From contig OZ024742.1 of assembly GCA_964016885.1 (NCBI GenBank), forward strand, positions 315,208,001 through 315,272,000: a DNA stretch of 64,000 bases, given 5' to 3'. Below the pieces are notes generated by a model. It was not told the origin of the DNA. It was given only the letters and a program-made list of their open reading frames with translations, and made no database searches. The stretch's first letter is position 1. Each line of letters starts with the position of its first letter. Both the position numbers and the translations under genes were made by a program. The stretch comes from Eledone cirrhosa (lineage: Eukaryota). Positions 1 through 15,200 of this stretch are shown in pieces.

Positions 1-747
<747 letters not shown>

Positions 748-748
<1 letters not shown>

Positions 749-1074
749 CTGGCGCGAAATTTATTATAATTATAATTATTGACAAACCAATCAAATTACT
801 TCTCGAAAAACCTGGCATTTCGAGCCACTTTTCTCATATAAAACAAGTAGCATTCAGAGACCAACCAGATGTGAGAAAAACCACAGACCTTCCATCTCAA
901 CTCACCTTTTGAAAAGCAGAAGAACTGCGAAACTGGTAAAGGAACCAAATAAATATATATTTTTTTTTTAAAAATAAGACTCCAGTTGCATATTCGATTT
1001 CATCTCTTTTTCTTTAAACTTTCACTCGTGTAGGACACCTCGTTTATTTTTCATTTTGTAAAAAAAAACCTCAC

Positions 1075-1080
<6 letters not shown>
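748..1080 (+). mobile_element. Family A interspersed repeat (TA-flanked, no HHR found), single arm
   Basis: Near-identical to 57918-58243 and 47849-48059; ends ...cctcactttct|aatata into (TA)n. Confidence 0.85.
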
Positions 1081-1137
<57 letters not shown>

Positions 1138-1197
1138 CCCTTTTGGGGATTTCGATTGATAATTTTTTTTATATATACATCTATACATACATATAAC

Positions 1198-1330
1198 TAT
1201 AGAAATATGTAAAATCCCGACCGCGACGCAAGGCGGTTTCGGTTTGTGTGTTCAGCAAGCCTTTTTACATATTTCTATACCCACTCTTCTACATCTCTCC
1301 ATGTATCGAGTACAAACATAATTAATGGTC
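1198..1330. mobile_element. PLE pseudo-LTR-like remnant with degenerate HHR
   Basis: 17-bp inverted repeat (1198-1214/1263-1279). Minus strand reads GAAA-CCGC...GCGG-UC. Tail motif gtatcgagtac at 1303. Similar to 3625-3740. Confidence 0.5.
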
Positions 1331-1908
1331 TTCTCGATCTCAGCATCGTTCAAGCATGCTAGTTTCTATTCTCTGTGCTACTAATCAAGGATAAGGCCGG
1401 GCGGATGTAACACACCGCAGGTAAACGTAGGACGCAAAGTAGTAAAGGAGACTGCCATAGAATTCATCATTTTGATAATACCACGAATTCACTGATCTAG
1501 TAAGGCACTTTATTTATCGACCATAAAATTGACCTCGGTGGGAGTTACGTTGACTATGCATTTAATCGAACGTTCTAAGGCCTGCTCCGCAACGCACACA
1601 TACACATACGTACGTATGTATGTAAACAAACAGATACATTTGCGTGTTTGTGTATATAAGTATGAGGCACCAGCAATTTAATACTCTCGGGTCCCGAACA
1701 ACAGCATCCCTACCCGCCGCTTATTAAATTTGCTAATCTATCTCCGGCGAAATGTTATTTCCTGAGGCAAATAATTTTCTTTAGACTTTAAAAAACTTTA
1801 TACATTACAAGAAATCCCATATGTTATAAAATAAATAGGATAGTTCTGAATATGTAATTTTGGTTTTTAGGAAATCAACGGAGGCAACCTTGAAAAATTA
1901 CCGATTTT

Positions 1909-1954
<46 letters not shown>

Positions 1955-2238
1955 TTAAGCTTAAGAAAATTAACAAAAAGAGGACAATAAAACGAACGGA
2001 AACAAGGCAAAACGAAGAACAATATTTGAGAGGGAATCCTAAAAAATTGCTTTAAAAGTAAAAATACAAACGAAGGACGGAGATCTCCATGAGCATCGGC
2101 CGTTGAAATGGATTCGGCTGTTTCGACCCCTACCAACGTTACTGATGGTACACACGGGGTCACAGCGTCTGACACGAGCCAAACGCAGTCCGGTGGAGTT
2201 AGAGACAAAACATTAATTCATAGCAACTAAGTACAAAT

Positions 2239-2270
<32 letters not shown>

Positions 2271-2271
<1 letters not shown>

Positions 2272-2395
2272 ACAAAGAAGGTGTGGTAAGATACCAGGTG
2301 GACCATAACGCACCAGCGTACTCGATACTTGGAGTAGTAGGGTTCGGATCTAGCTGTCGAAACGGCCGGAGCTCAGCCGTCGGGGTCCTGACTGT

Positions 2396-2399
<4 letters not shown>
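2271..2399. mobile_element. Family B PLE pseudo-LTR remnant (3' half of HHR, internal inversion)
   Basis: Homologous to 44681-44842 and 54617-54813; gaaacggccggagctcagccgtcggggtc; flanked by (TA)n. Confidence 0.8.
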
Positions 2400-2442
<43 letters not shown>

Positions 2443-3393
2443 CATACAAAGAGAGTGCGAGAGAGAGACGTTCTACTAATGTAATAAATGTTTTGTGATA
2501 CATTATATATGTTTATATACAACATCTGACATTTCTATAATCTTCATTCCTCTCTTATCGTATTTAATGAATTTTACATTCCGTCGCCTTCCACTTTTAC
2601 TTCCATACAAATCATTGTTATCCCGAACATAGATGCATAAAATATATATGCTTGATACATTTACAAATACATATGATTTTATTAACGCTTGTTTTTTTTC
2701 TGTTTTTTTTTTTTTTGGGGGGGGGGGGGGGTCTAAATTTCTAATACACATGGCTTTCAAATCATTTTGCAGTATGTATTAAGATGTTTAAAACATACAA
2801 ATTGACATAAAATTACCATGGAAGGTTTTTAGATAATTATAAACATTTAAATAATATACACTTTTGTAATATTGAACCAGCACAGGCTTTAGGCTGTTTG
2901 GTAACAAAAGGGTTAAACCTTTTTAAACTATTTTTTACAATATATGTCTCCAGTCCATTAAAACATTTTTTAGGAGTTCAGACTCTATATCAGCTTATAT
3001 TTTTTTCTTTCCTATTCAAATAGAAATGCATACATGCGCTTTATGTTATAATTATTATAATTATATAATAAATATGCATATATGTGTGAGTGGCTATATG
3101 TATGTACCTGTAGTGTTTCATAAAATTGTATATTTGTTTCGGCGAAGTTTAGCAGGAGAATTACATAGCATACAAGTCTCCGAGCATTTTCAAGCATGTT
3201 TATAATATTTTTGGTCATAATATTTACATAGGTTTACACACAGTTATATATATTCTTATGCATATAGGAAAAGCATCTTTCTTTCTCTCTCTCTCAATAT
3301 ATTGGGTCGTCAAGTATGAAATTTCTAGAAATTTCTAGAAAAAGAACAAATTTCATACAAATTTCATACTTGACGATCCAATTATATAATGTA

Positions 3394-3480
<87 letters not shown>

Positions 3481-3482
<2 letters not shown>

Positions 3483-3597
3483 CCTGCCCGCCCAGCTAGT
3501 GGGATGGTGTCATCGTATGGCTAAAACTGCAACATGCTGTGACCAGCGGCGTCGAACGGCGCCCGACAGACTGGTCGGTCAAGGTGATCAAGATGAT
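3481..3597 (+). mobile_element. GC-rich SINE 3'-tail-like fragment
   Basis: ggcctgcccgcccagctagtgggatgg...ctggtcggtcaaggtgatca resembles, from memory, a common octopus SINE tail; TA-flanked. Confidence 0.45.
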
Positions 3598-3762
3598 ATA
3601 TATATATAGAGAGAGAGGTGGCGCCAAGTCGTTTCGGATTGTGCTTAGCAGGCCTTATACCTTCCTCTACACCCACTTTGCATCTTCCAAGCATTGAGTA
3701 TTCCCATAATTGCTAGTCTCACAGATTTAATCGCCGCATACTCTCTCTCTCTCTGTTTCTAC

Positions 3763-3811
<49 letters not shown>

Positions 3812-3904
3812 CGGGGTGACCCGAAGTGGCGAAATGTTACACAGATACGTGTGTCTTTAGTGTAACTCCCAACTGAAATCTGTGTAACACAGTTTGATAA
3901 GACT

Positions 3905-4068
3905 GCACATATGAACTACAGGTTAGTCCATCAGAAATAGTTTCCGTCTACAGAAATTCCTTCACGAAGATTGGGTCGACCAGGGAGGACTATGATAAAT
4001 GACATCCCCTAAAACGCTGCGCTGTGGGATCGAACTTAAGACTTCTTGAATATTTAGCCATCCCGATA
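3905..4068 (-). mobile_element. Degenerate tRNA-derived SINE
   Basis: Reverse complement contains B-box-like gttcgatccc; body (gtagacggaaact) similar to 43236-43530. Confidence 0.55.
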
Positions 4069-4069
4069 C

Positions 4070-4274
4070 ATATTTATACTTATGTTCACATATATATGAT
4101 ATTTATACTTATGTTCACATATATATGATATTTATACTTATGTTCACATATATATGATATTTATACTTATGTTTGCATATATATGATATTTATACTTATG
4201 TTTGCATATATATGATATTTATACTTATGTTTGCATATATATGATATTTATACTTATGTTTGCATATATATGAT
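4070..4274. repeat. 29-bp minisatellite, about 7 copies
   Basis: Unit atatttatacttatgtt(cac/tgc)atatatatg; the first three copies carry ttcac and the last four ttgc. Confidence 0.93.
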
Positions 4275-4480
4275 TCTGTGCATGTATATGTATGTATTAT
4301 AACTTATTTTAACAAATCCATTAGACATACTCAGAAATATGGCATATGTAAAAAAAGAAATTTCAATGGGGGAGCGCACGCATTTTTCGTGTAAATATAT
4401 CCCATTGTGGTTAATAAAGAAGGAATTATATATATATCAGGATGTCAAATATGTTTATGTGTGTTTACTGTTTGCGTGTT

Positions 4481-4693
4481 AATAATTGTGTCTACTTTAG
4501 GCACAAGTTCAGCAATTTGAAGGGAAGGGGAAAGTCGATCAAATCGACCCAAGTGGTGCTTTATTTTATCGACCCCGTAAGGATGAAAGGCAAAGCTAAC
4601 CTCGGCGCGATTTGAACTCAGAACGTGAAGAGCCGTAACTCTATGCTGTAAAAAATGGAGGCTGACACTACCGATTCTGCCAATCCACCACCC
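4481..4693 (-). mobile_element. tRNA-derived SINE (octopus-type body)
   Basis: Reverse complement: ggattggcagaatcgg (A-box-like), gagttcaaatcgc (B-box-like), cggggtcgataaaataaag body; many copies in the window. Confidence 0.85.
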
Positions 4694-6251
4694 TTGTCTC
4701 TGTGTTAATAATGCCGGCGAGTAAATACATAATACCTGAATTCATGCATGTATAATAATAGCAATATATTCCTGAGACACGGGGATAACAATTCAATGAC
4801 AAGGGTATATAACGATTCCTTTATTTATATATAGAGAACTGGAATTCAGAAAGTAAACAGATGAAACGTGTGTATTATAAAATTGGTTTCTTTTTTACTT
4901 GAATGAAAATATTAGTAAAAATAATAATTAGAAATTTCTGAATGATTAAACTTTTTCCAGCGGCATTGGTAGCCTGAAATAATCGTGTATTAAATGGACA
5001 TTAAATGGACAGAGATCCTCGTGGGCTGGGATATCTGCTGTGGTTCATTGATGACCACTATCACTTACATTAATTTCGTTCGTTCTTACTATGCAAAATA
5101 ATATTTACATTAAATTACAAACTACCAAGAGAGAAATGATAGATGTGTGTCTGTGAAACATATACATATATACACCAGGTCCGAATACAAATGAACCAAA
5201 CTCCCACTGTCACTGCCTCCGTCTCTCCCCCCCCCCCCATTTCTCACTATTATGAGCAATTGGGGACCCTCGCGTTGGCCGCCCCGCGGCCCGGCGGACA
5301 GAATAGAAAATGCGTTTCCTCGGAGGATGATGAGGGAGACGCACTGGAAGAGCCATTCCAACTAGCGAGGCTCACACCTGCGGGTAGCCAATTCTGTGCC
5401 GATGGTGGTAAGTAGGGAGGTGGCCCTAGGTTCAAGGACACCAGAAATCTCCACGGCTACGCAAACCTGTCGAAGAGCGACCGCCTTACGCGTTAGAGAC
5501 ATTTGGAAATAGAATACTGTGAACGCTCTTGCAAATATGACCTTTTCATCCCTTATGTTCTGGATTCAAAGTTTAAGGGTTATTTTCATTTTATTCCATA
5601 ATCAGAAAATATTATGAACTATTGGTATACTGGGGTTCTATCTCTCCTCTAACACAAAATTGGCATTTTGCTCGGGGCAAAATAAATCAATATATTTCAC
5701 ATCTAAGGCATCAACATAAATGAAACTCTAAAATGTAAATGTAAGCATGTCTTGTAATAAACGCTAGAAGTTAGTATAAACAAGTATTGTAGTTTTAGAT
5801 CCACTTTTCTAGTAGTCATACTGTGTTCTTATTAGAAATCTTACCGATGTCAACTGCAGTCGATAAAATAAATAATTCAACAGATTACACTGAATCAATT
5901 ATTTATATTAACATTCAATCTTAATTCTCTTTATGCTCATTTCTCTGTTATATATTAGTTGTAATGGTCCTATTATCACTACTACTGCTGCTACAGCCAT
6001 TCATACTGATCCCTACTCCTTCCTATTACTGTGTGTGAGTAGCGAACAGTTAATGTAGATATTATTTAAAGCAATACTCAACAAAAATTTTGGTAGCAAC
6101 TATAAAAAGTAATCTAAAACAAAACACTAAGGGTGGACTAGCTAACGAAAAAATTCTGGAATAAGTTACTATGTTGCTAAAGCTCAAGTAAATTTATTGC
6201 ACATGTCCCCACCATAAATAAAACTTAAGGGTTGGTCAAAATCTATTCTAA

Positions 6252-6485
6252 ACTCAGGCCGGATCTTATCCGGTTTGAGCGGCATTACGCGGCTGAGAGT
6301 AAAAGACTTCCCCCTGGACGAAAAGCTAGTCCATCACAGGGTAAGCCCCCCAGTTGCTACTTTTGGTACTCAGTTTGAGATGGGTCGACAGGAGCAAGAT
6401 GAAATGAAGTTGTTTGCTCAAGAACACAACGTATTGTCCGGTTCGGAAATCAAACCCATAACATTATGATCGTAAGCTCAACACA
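6252..6485 (-). mobile_element. tRNA-derived SINE with conserved central domain (V/Meta-domain-like)
   Basis: Reverse complement: gggtttgatttcc, gtgttcttgagcaa, accctgtgatggactagc...tccaggggg, aaaccggataagatccggcc. Confidence 0.7.
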
Positions 6486-7564
6486 ATAGACACATCCCAT
6501 TTCAAACATTGTCAAACGAAACCTATATTTAAAGCAACGACAAAGAGAACCAAGCAATCTTGGTGTACGACACTATTTCAAATCCTAGTTGAAACCTTTT
6601 TAATTCATTTACGCAAAAATAACTCTAGTGCGTGAATATCTAGTTAAAATAGAATCAATGTTATTGTCAGCTGTTGTAAATACGATAGATACAGTTTCGA
6701 GTCTCGTTTAGCTCTATTTCCTTTTAATCACTGTCACTCCTGGGAAAAGTATGAAGGACACGAGATTATTTCGACTTCTTTTATGATCAGAAAATTGTGT
6801 ATATGTACGTAAGAAATCAATATCCATATTAAGAAAGTAGATGGTAATGCCATAACGGTCAATCTATCCGAAAATAAGGTTTTCAACCAATGCATTTCTT
6901 TTATGCCATTAATGCTCTCGGCAAATGCATCAGCAAAACCTATTTCCATAAAACAAATACATTATTTATCTAAAAAAATGTAGAATATCATAGAATGGTC
7001 GCACGCTCCCGACATATCTTCACAATGAGACCATTTAATTATATATTGTAGATATTCTATATCCTTTCTGCCGTCAATGTCGTTACATAAACGCCATACT
7101 ATCTTATTTCTCTACCACAAACTTCAGGCTTTCTTTGGAGAAATCAATAATTCATTTGAATTTAAGATAATGATAGATATCAGAATAAGATTCAAATCAG
7201 CTTATTATAATTCTTTCAATTTATGTTTATCGCCTGATATTTTTACATAAATCTGTATGTGTGTGTGTGAGTGCGTGTGTGTGTGTGTGTGTATCTGTAT
7301 GTATGTATAAATGTATTTCAATTTATGTGGCATACGTTTTGCGAAATATATGCCATTCTTTAAGCATCCATAGTTCAATATCCAATGACAACCTAGAGCA
7401 AGGTGACAATAAACTACTTCAAACGTAGGTTTTATATAAGTAGGCCTTCTTCTAATGTATTCTATAAAGGAATGCCCACAAATCAGTATGGGTTTCTTTT
7501 GGGGGTTTACTACGCACTCTGACCGATACCTCAGGATTTCTACAACCCACGTAGTATGTGTGTG

Positions 7565-7604
<40 letters not shown>

Positions 7605-7741
7605 CGCGTGCGTGCGTTTACTGTAAACCGGTTATTATAATCATAGTTAACATTATCAAAACACGTTTGATACATAGTTATTTCTCTGTTTAATATTGCC
7701 GGTTAATGTTATCTAAAGGGCTTCCACCAAACTTCCTCTGT

Positions 7742-7801
<60 letters not shown>

Positions 7802-8169
7802 AGGTGTGTGTCTGTATGTGTGTGCGTATGTGTCTGCATGTGTGTATGTGTGTGTGTGTGCCTGTGTGTGTAAAGAAATGGAGGGATGAGAGAGGTGGCA
7901 AGTCAGAGTGAGGATATATCTTTTTATGGTATGTATGTTCGTTTGCGTGTCTATATAATTAGAGTGATTTACTAAACATATATATCCCAACACGGTAGGA
8001 TGGTTAAAATAAAATAAACAGCACTCGTCTACGATATCAGCCACTTATTAATAGACTTTACCTTACTCATAAAACCATTGTCAAATTTATACATCTGGGT
8101 TTCGTTTATCCAGTTTATAGTGTATTTGTGTGTGAGACGGTGTTTGTGTGTGTGTGTCTATGTAAGATT

Positions 8170-8325
8170 GGTTGAGTGTGCGTGTGGATTTGTGTGCTTG
8201 AATGTGCGTGTGGATTTGTGTGCTTGAGTGTGTGTGGATTTGTGTGCTTGAGTGTGCGTGTGGATTTGTGTGCTTGAGTGTGCGTGTGCTTGAGTGTGCG
8301 TATGGGTCTGTGTGCTTGAGTGTGT
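8170..8325. repeat. About 26-bp GT-rich minisatellite
   Basis: Unit gtgtgcgtgtggatttgtgtgcttga repeated with degeneration. Confidence 0.8.
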
Positions 8326-8693
8326 GGGGGGGGGTCTGTGTGCATGAGTGTGTGTGGGTATATGTGCTTGAGTGTGCGTGGGAATGTGTGTGCATGTAGA
8401 TATTTTTATTTTATTTCAGGGACCTTCCAATATTTAAATATTTTCCTTCAGTTCCCTATAAATGTTCTCATCAGTTAGTCCATATTTTTTTTTCAACTTA
8501 TAACTTACGATATTGGCCACCTATCCCTCAATTATCGCTTTTTCTCAGTATGTGTCTATATATCTGTATATGTCTGTGTATGTGTGTATGTAGAGAGAGA
8601 GTGCATGTATGTACTTGGTGAATAAATTCCGTAAATGCGTATGCATGCACTTATATATATGTTTATCTAAATATATATGGGCGTACAGTTCTT

Positions 8694-8759
<66 letters not shown>

Positions 8760-8957
8760 TAGATAAAGCAAGCAAATATCAAAATACTCACAACATTATA
8801 TCCACGTTTACTCAGACACTTTGCATAAGTTATCACACGCTGATATACATTTAAATCCAAGTAAACATATATAAAGGCACACACTCACACACACTAGTAT
8901 AAAAGGTGATATATATATACGCCAATGTGCTTGCGCCTGTAGGCATGTGTGTGTTTG

Positions 8958-9022
<65 letters not shown>

Positions 9023-9654
9023 GTGTACGTCAGTATGTGTGTGTTCAAACACTTGTATAGACTGCTGTGTAACATAATATCATGCTGGTTGCAACCATAT
9101 CATTCAGGATATGTTATGGATAATTTTATCTAACGGAAAATACTCTACAAGTATTTATATTCAAAAATACTCTACAAGTATATATATTCAAGAATAAATA
9201 TATATAAGTGACTAGATATATATATATATATGTTTGCGATTATTCCTGATAAGGTGTATACATGTGTGCATACAAGTATGTATAAGTCTGTGAGTGTTTG
9301 TGAGTGTGTATGAGTGCATGCGAATCAGGTTTGCTTGCATCTTCGTACTACTCCCTACCATACACATGCTACTGAGTTTCAAGTGATGAGGAAAAGAAAA
9401 ACTGTTCGTTAAATCAAGCATTCCATTCAACTCGAATTCGATGAATAGAAAATAAATGACTGAATACATAAACAAGCACAAAAATACTGCAGATAAAAAC
9501 AGCGACGAGGTTGATGATTATTATGACGATGTAAACGACGACCCTATTATGTTGATGATGATAACGATTGTAATTATTTTAGTCCCCCGTGTATATTTTT
9601 TTAGTAATAGTAATGGTAACTATATCGCCGACAAATACAACCAAGTCGGCGAAG

Positions 9655-9733
9655 ATAGCGGTGGTGTATTTTTTTTTTTTTGTAGTGGTTGTGGTGGTGG
9701 TGTTAGTGGCGTTTGTGGTAAGCATGATGATGG

Positions 9734-9770
<37 letters not shown>

Positions 9771-9935
9771 AGTGGTAATGATAATGATGGCGAAGCTAGT
9801 CGGGGTTGTGGTGGTAGTGGTGGGCGTAGAGAAAATAGTGTTGGCAATGAGGATGATGGTGTTGTTGATGTTTATATGGTGGTGATGGTAGCGGTGTGTG
9901 TAGTGACGGGGGATAATGTTGATGATTATGATTAT
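9655..9935. repeat. Degenerate (GAT)/(GGT) trinucleotide low-complexity tract
   Basis: (gat)n at about 9735-9770 within NNT triplets. Confidence 0.85.
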
Positions 9936-9981
9936 GTTGCATCAAGAACTCTGGTCGCATCAGTAGTTATTAAATGTTACT

Positions 9982-10601
9982 ACCGTGGATTAGCAGAATC
10001 GTTAGCGCATCGGACAAAATAGCGTGCTACAGTGGTTCTAGCTCTCTACGTTCTACGTTCGAATCACGCCGAAGTCAACTACGCTTGTAATGCTTTCGGG
10101 ATCGATAAAATGAAGTACCATCCAAGTATTGGGGTCGATATAATTCACTTTTCCCTCCTACCCCCAAACTATTGAACTTGGGCCTAAATTGGGCGAAAAC
10201 ACTTAGGGCGGTGGATTGGCAAAATAATTAGAGCCTCATACAAAATATCCAGCGGGGTTTTGTTATGGTTCTTTACACCAGAGTTCGAATTCCATCGAAG
10301 TCAACTTTGCTGCTCCTCCTTTCGGGATCGATAAAACAAATTACCAGTCATGTACTAGGGGTTGATATAATCGATATTCCCCTATCTCAACACCACCACC
10401 CCATAATTTTCTGGTATTGGTCTAAATTGGAAACCATTATTATTATAAGGAGATGACGTTGACGTTCTGGTTTCAAATCTCACCGAGGACAACTTTTTTT
10501 TATTTAGGGGTCGATAAAACAAGTATCAATCAAAGAATGGGGACAATATAATCGACTTTTCCCATCAACCTCACCCTCCTTCCAAAATATTGCTGGCCTT
10601 T
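9982..10601 (+). mobile_element. Three tandem tRNA-SINE copies (about 9982-10192, 10206-10447, truncated 10460-10601)
   Basis: Each has a gttcgaat/gtttcaaat B-box-like motif and a ggg(a/g)tcgataaaa...gta(c/t)ca body; same family as 4481-4693. Confidence 0.8.
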
Positions 10602-11425
10602 GAAGAAGAAGAAGAAGAAGCGCGGGGAAAGGGCGTTGAAGGAGAAGGAGATGGCGAAGGCGACGAAGAAAAAATTGTAGCAGCAACAGCCGATGTAGCG
10701 ACAACGGCAGCTGCAGCAGCAACAACAACAACAGCAGCAGCATAAGGTAAAGAGAATTATTGTGACAAAGTGGATAGTGTTAGTCCTCATTAGTAGGTAA
10801 CTACGTTCTCTCCAATTAATTCAATGGTTGTCATCTATTTTAAACTTCCCACACTTCCCCTTATTCTTTTTTCTCTTTCTACCGTTCCTCTTCTTCTATT
10901 CCTCGTTTTCTTTCTTTTCCACTTCATCTACAAATCTTTTCTTTCTTTTTTTTTCAACCGAGTTTTCTTCTCTCTTATCATCGAACTCTCCCCCCCCCCC
11001 TCTCTCTCACTTTTCACTTTATATAATTTTCTCTTTTCTTTTCTTCCAACCAGGTTCCATTCTCTCTCCCCCTCTTCTACCTCTCTCTCTCTCTCAATCT
11101 CTCTCTCACTCTCTCTTTCTCCCTCTCTTTCTTTAACTATATATATATGTGGAGTGGTGTGTATCTCTTGCCATCACTCACACCTCATTTCAACCATTTC
11201 ATTATTCCGTACCTTCCTGTACCCTATTTCTTTCCCCGAATATATATATGTGTTTGTGTGTGTGTGTGTGTGTTCATTTATATACATGCGTATATGTGTT
11301 TTCTTTGTACACGCATGTGCATGTGCGGGTGTCTGTGAATGTTCCGTAAGTCGAGAAGAAAATTCGTCTGAGGTGGGGCAAAAATACAATTTTCGACGGG
11401 ATTTTTTCTTTAGTGGCGATAGTAA

Positions 11426-11456
<31 letters not shown>

Positions 11457-12185
11457 TATATAAGTAGTAATTGTAGCAGCAGTAGTAGTAGCAGTTTATT
11501 AAAAGTAGGCATTATTGAAACTATTGCATATTAATATTATGATAAACATTATTTAAAAGAGAAAAAAAACATCGTGGCCAGAAGTAAATCTAGCTTGCTT
11601 TGTATGAGATATATATATACACATATACTGTATATATATAAATTATGTTAGTACATTATATATATATGTACATATATGTACACATATATATGTGTGTGCT
11701 CATTACATATAAGCCCAATCAATCTGAAGCCTTTGATTGAAAGCATCGAGAGTGAAGTTCAATAATTGCCTTACATTTTAACTAGTAATATATATATATG
11801 TGTGTGTGTGTGTGTAATATATATATATATGTGTGTGTGTGTGTGTCTGTGTGTCTGTGTGTGTGTGCGTGTGTGTGTGTGGAGAGAAAGAGAGAGGCAC
11901 CCCCCCTCACAAAATTAATATATGTAGTGTACTGTGGTGTGTATGCATGTATTTATACAATGCGTTTGGAAAACATTTGTGAATGTATATATATATACAT
12001 GAAATATAAAAGAAATATATGAGAGGAATAGAAATGTATAAGCACGTGCTGGTTTGTTATGTTGTACTTGTGTGTGTGCGCGCGTATATGTGCATGTATG
12101 TGTATGTATCTATACATATCTATATATCTATATATATATGTGTGTGTCTGTGTAAGTATGTGTATGTATGCATATATATATATAT

Positions 12186-12232
<47 letters not shown>

Positions 12233-15200
12233 GTTTCTGTGTGCCTATGGATGAATGTATGTATGTATTGTGAACATACGATTAACAATAAATATATCAT
12301 AATCTTACCGGGTTTCGAATCCGAATGTAGTCCTTGAAATAAAGGTAACCCGTTTCATAAGGGATTTTCACCCCCTTCAAGGTAAAAACATCAAAGGTAA
12401 TCCACAAAGGTGCCGCTGGTAGCGGCTCAATAGAATTTTTTTTTTTCTTTTTTCAAATCATCAACCAAGATCCGGTGGTGGCGTAAAACCTGGGAATGAT
12501 TCCTTTGTAAAATTTCCAAATTTAAGTGACTTGGCGGATATACATCTTCGCAGACACACACGCGCACATTTTTGTTGCTCGTGCATAGAGATACCACAGG
12601 CGTCCCGGCATAGACCCGTACTGTATACGCAAATTGATATGCAACCGTGCAACATATAATACATACAAACTTACGTACAACCCTTACACGCTCTGCACAC
12701 ACACACGTCACGCACGTAATGCGGGCACACACTCATATGGAGAATCACCAAAGTTGTTTTTTTTCAATATGTATGTTGAGTATTATGGAACCAATGAAGC
12801 CACACAAAGGTCGCAGTGTGGTTGGTGTGTGGCTATCAATGTATAAATAGGTGATCTATTATACAGAGCATGCGTTTATAAATGTATACGGATATATGAT
12901 AATGTGCGTTCCTATGTATTTATATATGTATATATATTTGTGTGTGATATATGTGTGTGTGATATGTGTGTATGTGTAATGTATATATATTTTTTAGTAT
13001 GCATGAACATGGTGGGGTTAGCAGTGTTGGCATTATATTTTACAGATATTTTGGAGTACCTATGTCTTTTTCTGCGTGGGTGTAATTTTTTGCGCGTCTG
13101 TATGTGTGAGTTCTTAAAATATCGCAGTTTTAACGGCAATTTTTGTTTTAATTTATGTGTGTAAATACATATATACATATATACACACATATATATACAC
13201 ATACAAATATGTGTGTGAGATTGAGTATATGAGTTTATGTATGCGTTTGTTAAAATGTGTGTGTGTGTGTTTGAGTGTATATTTTTGTGTACGTTTGATT
13301 GAGTTTGTGTGTATGATTGAGTATATATAAAATTATTTACGCAATCTAACGAAAGAATAGCAACTTTTTCCTCTATTCCATAATTTACATCTATGTGTGG
13401 TTCTGTAGTTTACTGTCAGCCTGTATAACAGTTGGTCTGTTAAACTGTATTCCTGTCTGTATTGTACGCTTGTCTCTGGTATTCTGAATGTTTTACTGAT
13501 TTTTCTTTCTTTTTTTCTTCTTTAATATGTCCTTTTGTTTTTTTTTTTTTGATTTTTAATATTTTATCAAGAAATTTTACTGATTTAATTAAAAGTAGTT
13601 CTAGTTGTGTGTCACAAACGTATGTATGTATATGTGGGTTTAAATTTGTTCATATTTTTTCTATTTATCTATTTAACAAGGAAAGTGTGATTACATTCCT
13701 ACAATGCTGCATATATTTCAATGTTATATAAATCTCAGAGAGAAATTATCTGTCCCAAAAGGGCTACTTAGATAAATAACTTCTTTAAATAAACTTAATG
13801 TGTTGTAATCAGAGACTAATAATGAGAAAATAATACTAATGATAAGTATAATACTAATAACTATTAATGATAATTATATTATTAGTAGTAGTACTACTTT
13901 CTGTACTACTACTACTACTAATACTAATACTACTACTACTACTACTATACAGCAATCGTTATTTATTTCTTAAGTAAAATTGTAAGTCTTCAGTAGATTA
14001 ACCTGAAAGATTTATCTCAAAACGTCAAAGACTATATCCTACACTTCTATAACATAATATATCCGTTAGTGTATAAGAAAATTATATGTGAAAGTAATAA
14101 ATGTATACTAATTTATTGATAAAAAGAAATTGCATGTACATATATGTATAACTCAATGTGTGTATATGTGTGTTTGTGTATGTGGCTATGTGTATCTATA
14201 TATGTTTGTATGTATGTGTATATACCTATATATTCGTGTTTATGTATTCATATATGTATTTTTATAAGACTATAATGTTTCATTATTGACATTATAAACA
14301 TTTTTTTGTTCATTGAAATATATATATATATATATATATACTGCCCTGCAATATGAATATGTGAGTTCATTTCATCCTCTTATCTGATGTAATGACCGTT
14401 TCTTTTCACACAGTTTATTGTACCTAACATTGACATAATTCTTATTTAGACAAGCTTATTCTTCCTCTTATTTGGGGTTTCTATAATCGTTGTTCGTATT
14501 ATTCTTGCTGTCGCTATTGTTATTAGCGTTTGTGTTTTCAGCCAACAACCTAGTTCCTGGTTCCCAGAATTCGATGAGAAAAAGAAAAGAAACCTTAAAT
14601 CTTTCAATTGATATAGTTGTTGCGATTATCATTTATTGTACAAAGTTAAATTATATTTTATTGTACAACAATTTTCATGTTATCTGTCTGTGTTATGTGT
14701 TGTTTGTAATATTTATATATTTTAAGGAATAATAAAAATGAGTGGCGATTTTTAAATGAGATGGAAAAATGTCAAGACTTACATCAACTCTGTGGTTCAC
14801 TAAACATTTGAAAAAAGTTAAAAAATATATGTATGTTAAACTGTATAAATTTGCATAGTAGTTACCTAAACGATGTAGAGTTTGACCAACTGTGAGAAAT
14901 TGTACTGTCTGAAAATCTGTTATGAACTGTTTCAGAACTATTTTTTCCAAGCAGCAACAGATTACATATATGCATATACCTTTTCAGGCTTTAAAGAATG
15001 TTTTCCAGTCAGTGTAAAACTATTATTAGTGTTTAGAAGTGTAAAGAATTGGTATATTCCAGATAGTAATATATACTCCAGTGATGTGGTTAATAATATG
15101 TTTGAATAAAATGTTTAATTTTGTATGAGATATTAGGAAAAAAAGTACATTAAGTTATATATTACTAAATAACTCATGTCCGTATTGTTAGTTTTTAATA

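Noticed and set aside
2085-2175. Minus-strand GACCCC...GGGGUC-GAAA hairpin as an HHR
   Set aside because: Stem II and GAAA are present but there is no CUGANGA or UUGANAA core.
9456-11534. ORFs of 188 and 236 aa with poly-Asp, poly-Ser or hydrophobic runs
   Set aside because: Low-complexity trinucleotide and CT-rich tracts overlapping SINEs; no recognisable domain.
12300-12390. Possible minus-strand HHR (GAAACCCGGUA, UUGAAGG...GAAACGGGUU)
   Set aside because: Core and stems could not be assembled consistently; may be a decayed remnant.
12850-15120. Possible host 3' UTR (U/GU-rich, AATAAA near 14730 and 15105)
   Set aside because: No upstream exon or ORF identifiable; such motifs are expected by chance in AT-rich DNA.
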